NCBI GenBank assembly: GCA_951406725.2
Contig: OX597818.1
Span: 9,920,001 to 9,984,000, forward strand
Length of the DNA stretch: 64,000 nt
Source: Octopus vulgaris
Lineage: Eukaryota
Direction of reading: 5' to 3'
Notes under the pieces: model-generated
Databases searched by the model: none
Seen by the model: the letters and a program-made list of their open reading frames with translations, nothing else
What the model was told of the DNA's origin: nothing
Made by a program: the position numbers and the translations under genes
Shown here: positions 56,185 to 64,000 of the stretch, in pieces
Position numbering within the stretch: the first letter of the stretch is position 1
Layout: every line of letters starts with the position of its first letter

Positions 56185-56394
56185 GTCTAGAGCCAGTTGT
56201 TCAAGGACGAAAGACGTTTTAGTATTTTTTGGCTAAATCTTTTAATTATTTTTACGTGTATTCCACCCTGTATTTTGTAGTAGTGTCCTGATTGCCTTTG
56301 AGTTTTTGTGCACAAGAAAAAAATATTATTGATACAGTTATTATTGTTGTTTTTGTTAATTGTCATTACTCTTGTTAATAATTCAGTAATCAAA

Positions 56395-56602
56395 GGCAGC
56401 CAACTGGTAGAATCGTTAGCACACTGGGAATAATGCTTAGCGGCATTTCGTCCGTCTTTACATTCTGAGTTCAAATTCGGCCGAAGTCGATTTTCCATTT
56501 GACGCGTTCATGGTCGATAAAATAAGCAGTTGCTCAGTGGGATCGATGTAATTGATTCTCTCCTTTCCCCTAGATTGCTGGCCACGTACCAAAATCTGAA
56601 AC
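56395..56602 (+). mobile_element. SINE family A
   Basis: ggcagccaactggtagaatcgttagc...gagttcaaattcggccgaagtcg. Confidence 0.82.
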
Positions 56603-57202
56603 TAATATTTCGGTAATCATATTTATATTGTATACTTTTGCGGCACAGCCAGTGCACAGTTTTATGTGCCAATAGTATATTTTTCTCGATGTATCAAAAC
56701 TAACCTATGTAAATATATACGCAATGTCTAGTAGCGATATTTGCTTTCTGTTGCGTATAAGTCCAGATGTTCAAATATGTATATTTGATTACGTCTTCTT
56801 TCATCAGACTTTGAAGCACCTGTCATTTCGGTAGTTATTTCCGTTATCATTCCAAAATCGCTTTATTTGTTGGGAGGGAAACCTATATATATATATTTGG
56901 ACAAATTCTTATCTGAGTGTCCCTCACAAGTCAACGACCTCAAGCGGCCCAATCGACTATTCATTTTCTTTAAATTGATGGTCTTCTGTAAATTTAATAA
57001 TAAAAAAAGCATTCAAATTAAAATTACTGCAGTATCGATAACAACAATCAAACTGTAAATTATCAATATAAAGATTAAAATATTTTCTTCCTTCCATCCT
57101 TTCTTCATAGAGTATTTACTTTCTCTCTTGTATTATAATATTTAAATATATTATTTTATGGTATGTACACTCAGACATATGCCCGTGAGAGAGAGAGAGA
57201 AT

Positions 57203-57253
<51 letters not shown>

Positions 57254-57430
57254 CTTAAAGCAATTATGTTACTAATTTTCACCCCATTAAGAAAAAAATG
57301 TCTACTAATTGGTTCGGAAAAGATGGCCGGTCGTTCGGTCAGTCGGTTGGCTTGTTGGGTGGTTGGCTGGTTGCTGGATATGTGGTAGATGGCAAAACAG
57401 ATTTCTTTTTCCGTTACTTTTTCAATTTAT

Positions 57431-57465
<35 letters not shown>

Positions 57466-57481
57466 GTGTTTGTGTGTGTGC

Positions 57482-57561
<80 letters not shown>

Positions 57562-58899
57562 TTTAAAGACTAGAACGATGTCTGCTAAGAACGAACTACT
57601 CTTCGTTTTCCCCGCAGTAATAAAAATAACAAAAATATTAAATAAAACAATCACAGATAATAAAAATGTTATGAAGGAAGAAACAAAACAGAAAGAATAA
57701 TAAATATGAAGCCTCTCTTCCTCCAAACTAAAATTATAATAATGAATAAATAATGAGAAAAAATATAGCATCGCAGCAAAATGTGAAAAAATGATAGATT
57801 AAATTTAAAAGAATATAAGCAGGAAAATAAAAAACAAAAAAATAATTCAGAGAACAGCAACAGCTCTGGATCATTAACTTCCACTATATGTTAATGGCTT
57901 AAATTTGCCTCTTTTTTTTTTAGAATTATATTTATTTGGCAGTACCAATTTAGATTTAAAGTATTCACAGGAAATTCCTTATTCTTGTAATATTTAAAAT
58001 TTACTCCACTCTTCTATAAATTCAAACATACCAACAACAAAAAATATCTGGGTTTTTTTTTTTGTAACAAAAATGAAGTAACGTGGTCTTCCACATTAAA
58101 AAAGATTTTGTCTATTTATTTATTTATTGTTTCGCTTATCTTTTGTCCTCCTCGTTGTCATCATCGTCATTGTTGTCATCGGATTGTGGTATATTTAGAA
58201 TATTATAGTATTTATTTTATTTGTTTAGGTTTTATCTTTTTAGTTAGCCTTGTGCCAAATAAGGAAATTGTTTTTGGTAATAGAATTGGGGGCGATGATT
58301 TGTAGCAACCTTTTGATAGGGAGGAGTTCACAAAAAATGTTGGTGAAACTACCGTGTCAACCGATTGGCCAAGCACAGGACCAACAACAATAACAGCTAC
58401 TATGGCAGCAGTGGTAGCAGTGGCAGTAGTGGCGGTACCGGCAATAGCGATAACAGCGGCATCAGCAACAGAAATATTAACAACGGGAGCAAAATGCGGG
58501 GACAAGCACAAGATCCACCTCAACAAAACCTCCAAAACAACTACCATAGCAACAGAAGACACAAAATGAAACGTTTCAGCAACATCGCAATCCACATCTG
58601 TAATGAAATCAACAGTCACTTGCCCTCACTTTCTCTGTTTATTGAAACGGAACTACTTGAGTTCATCCAATGAAATACAAAAATAAAACTTGGAGAGGAT
58701 ACACCTGAATTTCTTTCGAAAACAAATATGCAAGAATACTTCTGTTTTAACAGGTACCAAGAGTCTATGCAAAATTCCTGAAAAAGATCTCATGGTGAAC
58801 TAATGTAAAATAGAAAGCAATGCATTAGCAGTATTAAGCTATGTAAATGTGTTCTGTGGATCAGCATGGACAGTGAAGAAAAGCCGGAGCACAAGATTG

Positions 58900-60900
58900 C
58901 TCGTTCAATAAGTAATCAAACTGTAAAGACTTGTGTGGTTTCATATTAGCACAACTAGAAGTTTAGATAATATATCAATAAATAACCCGAAGGCCCCCGG
59001 AAACGTTAGGATTTGAAACTATAAAATGTATAGCAGGTAGAAGTAAGATGCATAAAGAAATGTTCAGTTAAGATACTGAGGGAGAGGATTACATCTGACG
59101 TGCTCAGTGAAGAGAAAAATCATCTTAATACCTTAAGATGACCTACTATTTGACTTTCTCAAGCTTATAAAGTTTTCCAAATAACGCCATCGAATTTAAA
59201 CATTTTTGGAAACAGTTCCAGAAAAGCAGAGAGGACACTAGAGATGGTTATATGGCTGTAAATATCAATGATTGATCAACCAAATTATAATGTAAGAGCA
59301 TAAAGAAGAGTGTGAGTATAACCTGAATTGTTCACTGGTGGGCTGTTGATAGCAATTTGGACTTTTTGAGCCTTTATTCAGAGTAAAGTACCACTAATAA
59401 TAAACAATTATCTTCAAGACGCCTTGGGTTGATGATAAGTAATTGTGTCAATACTGACAAAAAGGCATTTCAAAAACAAACCCTATCTCTGTGAGAAGAG
59501 AATATTTCAATACACATTCCCTCATGTCTCTCCGACGCCAACAGTCTTTAGGTAACATGGTAACCAGACTAGATTCGGATAGTAGTTGTGTGGAAAGACT
59601 ACCAAGTATCTTCTTTTATTGTATATTGCAGATAAAAAAACAACCAGAAAACTGCTATAGGCTGTACACTTAATTAATAGGGCAAGTGATATAAAATCTG
59701 CGTAAAAAAAGTACACCAATATTGCATCATGCATACCAAAAATAAACTAACAGATAATTAGAAATCAATAAACCAGAGAGAATATAACAATATATAGATG
59801 AAAAACAATTAGGTAAGAACATTATAAACACATTAGATAAATAGTGAAAACTTAGCTATATACAAAAAAGATGAGGCAATATACATCAATATGTTTGCTG
59901 TCCCGGCAATAAGTTATTGTTATATTCTCCACTGGACGCTAATTATAGTAAAAAGTCTACACAAGAAAAAAGTCAGGAAAAATAATTGCATCATTTAGAA
60001 TACACCACAAAAATCTAACCCATTTACTACGAAAACAGTGTCGTAGGGGTTTATGCAATTATATATCGCATATAGGAATAACAAATTATCATAAAAACAA
60101 AACTAATACAAATAGCTATAAATAGGGATTTGGAAGTTGAGAAACATCCGTGGAAACTGCAAGGAAAGCAGAAAGTAAACTAAAAACGGTGTTCCAGAAT
60201 GAGGTCAGAAATAGTTCCCTCATGACCAATATCTAAAAATACTGAACAGAATGGAAACTGGCTCAGTAAAAGCCAAGCACTTGAGGAAATCTCAGAACTA
60301 AAAAGTAAGACTAAGGAATTCTTGATTATAACCCAACATCAAAGCTTTCAGACCAGAAACTACAACACGTCGAGAAAAGTAGGATTTGCGAATGCTTGAT
60401 AGTAGCCATTGACCACATTATCTCCATCTGGTTTTAGTTAAGTGATAGAGTCGAGGCCTTCCTAAACTGGTGGTTGCTGTAGCTTTATGCATTACTAACA
60501 AAGAACTGGTTTAAACACAGAGCAACGAAATACCTTAGAGTACGTGAAAGCGGCTATAGCGTGGATTATGTCATCCTTATAAAATGTAGCTAATCAGAAA
60601 AATAATTTTGTCGATATCTACGGGAAAAATCTGCCTCCGAATTAAAGTCTCATTCCCAACAGACAATAAAATACCCCTAAATAATAAATTTGCGGATGTT
60701 TGAAAGTAATCATTCACCACATTATCCCCATATATTGAGAAATTTTCCAAATGTGAAAATCGGAAAACAGAGATAACTGAAATGCCGGTACTGAAATCAG
60801 AAACAATGATTATAAAAAATGCTGTGGTGAGAATTTTTGACAAAATATTCATCGATATATAATGAATATTACAGAACGTACAAGAATAGCACACGGTCAT
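58900..60900 (+). mobile_element. Heavily decayed R4/Dong-type LINE (RT through RLE region)
   Basis: Ordered remnants KAPG (~58990), PEKQRG, CKYQ*LINQII, INMFAVPAISY (~59885), KSKTKEFLIITQHQSFQTRNY (~60300, paralleling KAETEGFLIEAQDQSLPTRNY of the 63 kb copy); many stops and frameshifts. Confidence 0.7.
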
Positions 60901-61789
60901 TGCTATTAGTGCAACAGAAAATAGAAAACTAAAATAAGACACAACACATTTCGAAGGCAGACAGAAATGCCTTTTGTAGTGCAATGAAAACGCTACAGGG
61001 ATGACTAGGTCCTGAAGATCACAAAGCTATCGCTACTATTACCTATTGTTAATGAGGAGATGAAATCAAGAGACTGGTGAAGGAAGACAGAATGTACAGT
61101 TGCTTCACAAGCGGAAATACGAACCATATGAGGGCCTTCTGACGAAAGGTGGAAAATCGTATATAGCAGGAATGTGATGGCACACAGCAGCATAGACATC
61201 ATCAACAGCTTCAAGAAGTGAAGACCATTACATCATTACAATTACCGCTGATTCCACAGAATCATGAATCGCAGCTCCGATAAAAGCTAGAGAAGAAGTA
61301 AAAGCTGGCATAATCACCCCCTCCCCTGTGCCATCAACTCAAGGCCCCACCAAGAATGGCCATCAAAAAATAGTTCTGATTATCGAACACAATACTGGAT
61401 TGTCACAACAAGCAGTAGTTTCGTCTAGATGCCTTACAGTGATGTAGGATAGATGGAGAGTAAAGAAAATGATAGAAAAGCAAAAGAAAAGTCTATATAA
61501 AAACAGTCTACTAGGAATACCCTGTTGAAGAGCGTTAATGGGCCTTCGTAGATGGGATTCGTGATTGTTTGAATAAGTAGCGACAACATAATACAAATGC
61601 TGAATGAAGTGAAGGAGAGCAAAATTGAGGAAGAGATGGGAGACGATAGCAAAACACCACAATGATAAACTTTGAGTGAGAAACACGCCATAAATCTATA
61701 ACCATTCTGTATTCTCCCTCGCTGATACTCTTGGAGAAATTGTAAGAGTGTCAGAAAAATTGCCTTGCAGTATTTGTGCTGGGGTTTAA

Positions 61790-62466
61790 CATTTAGCATT
61801 TTGAGTTCTTATCCCACCAAGGACAAATCTGCTTTTCAACTTTTCAGGGTCAATAAAATATAATACTATCAAACACTGGGGATTTGATGGCATTCCGCTC
61901 ATATCAAAGTTACTGGCCTTGAATCTAAATCTGAAATTATTATGACTTTTGAAGCAAGTTGGTAGGATTGTAAGATCGCTGGGAAAATGCTTTGCTGTAT
62001 TTCTTCCAGTAATTCAGGTTTTGAGTTTAAGTCCTGCCGTGGTTAGGTTTGGCTTTCATTTTTCCAGTTAATTAAGATACTGAGGGAGAGGATTACATCT
62101 GACGTGCTCAGTGAAGAGAAAAATCATCTTAATACCTCAAGATGACCTACTATTTGACTTACTGTTGTCAATGATAACAACGAACCTCTTTTTCCTTAAA
62201 AATTACTAGCTTTGCACGTAAATTAGAAATCATCATCGTCATCATCATTATCATTATTAAAGGTGGTGAGCTGGCAGAATCGTTAGCATGCCGGGCAAGT
62301 GCTTAGCGGCATTTCGTTCGTCTTCACGTTCTGAATTCAAATTCCGCTGAAGTCGACTTTGCCTTCTTTCCTTTCGGAGTCGATAAAATACGTACAAGTT
62401 AGGCACAAGGGCTCAATGTAATCGACTTACTCCCTTTCCCGAACTTGCTGGCCTTATGCTAAAATT
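61790..62466 (+). mobile_element. Three tandem family A SINEs (middle copy interrupted; last copy 62262-62466 well preserved)
   Basis: ggtggtgagctggcagaatcgttagc head at 62262; decayed cores at ~61800 and ~62020. Confidence 0.8.
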
Positions 62467-62504
62467 ATTATTATTATTATTATTATTATTGTTGCTATTA
62501 TTAC

Positions 62505-62982
62505 TTAAGAGGTCGCAAAGTATCCAATACCGTGATGTTGTTGATTGAAGATATTGTGTCTACCGGGTGGGGGTTGTACTGTCTGTCAAGTTACAACAAA
62601 GTCCTCAGACAAAGACTATGTGTGCTATTCCAAGTAATTTTTGCAATACACCTAGATTGTACGGTATTTCTAAAGTTTCCAGATGTTTCTTCAGGTTGGG
62701 TGGTATCGAACCTAATGCCCCGATGACAATAGGGACAAATTTTGTATTCGACTCTCGTAGCTGCCACATCTTGGCGATCTCATTTCCCAGGTCTCTATAT
62801 TCATCGATCTATTCTTTTTCTTTCATGATAGTATGCTGGCCTCCTGGCACTGCCACGTCAATTATTAGGCAGTTTTGTTTGTCCTTCCTAAAGGTTTCTA
62901 TGTTCGGCCTTCGCTGCTCTAACAACTTATCCGTCTGGAAGTCAAAGTCCCAGAGGATTTTTGCCTTCCTCTTTCCGTCCCC
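62505..62982 (-). mobile_element. 5'-truncated R4/Dong-type LINE 3' end (different, older subfamily)
   Basis: Minus-strand translation KILWDFDFQTDKLLEQRRPNI...CLIIDVAVPG...YRDL...MWQL...VPIVIGALG with one stop; followed by (TAA)n at 62465-62503. Confidence 0.88.

Positions 62983-64000
<1,018 letters not shown>

Noticed and set aside
58365-58673. 102-aa S/G/N-rich ORF
   Set aside because: Trinucleotide-derived low complexity next to a decayed LINE; no recognisable domain

Overview
AT-rich, microsatellite-saturated eukaryotic non-coding DNA. The repeat repertoire (tRNA-derived SINEs, R4/Dong LINE ends, Penelope-like elements, very long TA/CA/trinucleotide tracts) looks like an Octopus (coleoid cephalopod) genome; this is pattern recognition, not a database result. 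I find no host protein-coding exon, and almost all ORF-track entries are microsatellite read-throughs. Recognisable content: (1) a full-length DD34D mariner (13594-14883) with TIRs and TA duplication, broken only by two 1-nt deletions in C runs, plus a decayed second mariner; (2) five R4/Dong-type RLE LINE pieces, three ending at (TAA)n, plus HERO/NeSL-like and Tx1-like remnants; (3) a Penelope-like RT remnant and several short Penelope-type ends carrying minimal type I hammerhead ribozyme motifs that abut (TA)n tracts, including a ~1.25 kb inverted repeat; (4) two Helitron/Helentron-like non-autonomous elements, a hAT MITE with a perfect 8-bp TSD, a Tc1-like MITE and many SINEs of three families; (5) several local duplications and templated insertions. 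The best candidate for an under-described system is the set of (TA)n-abutting hammerhead-bearing short elements. Coordinates of decayed repeats are approximate.
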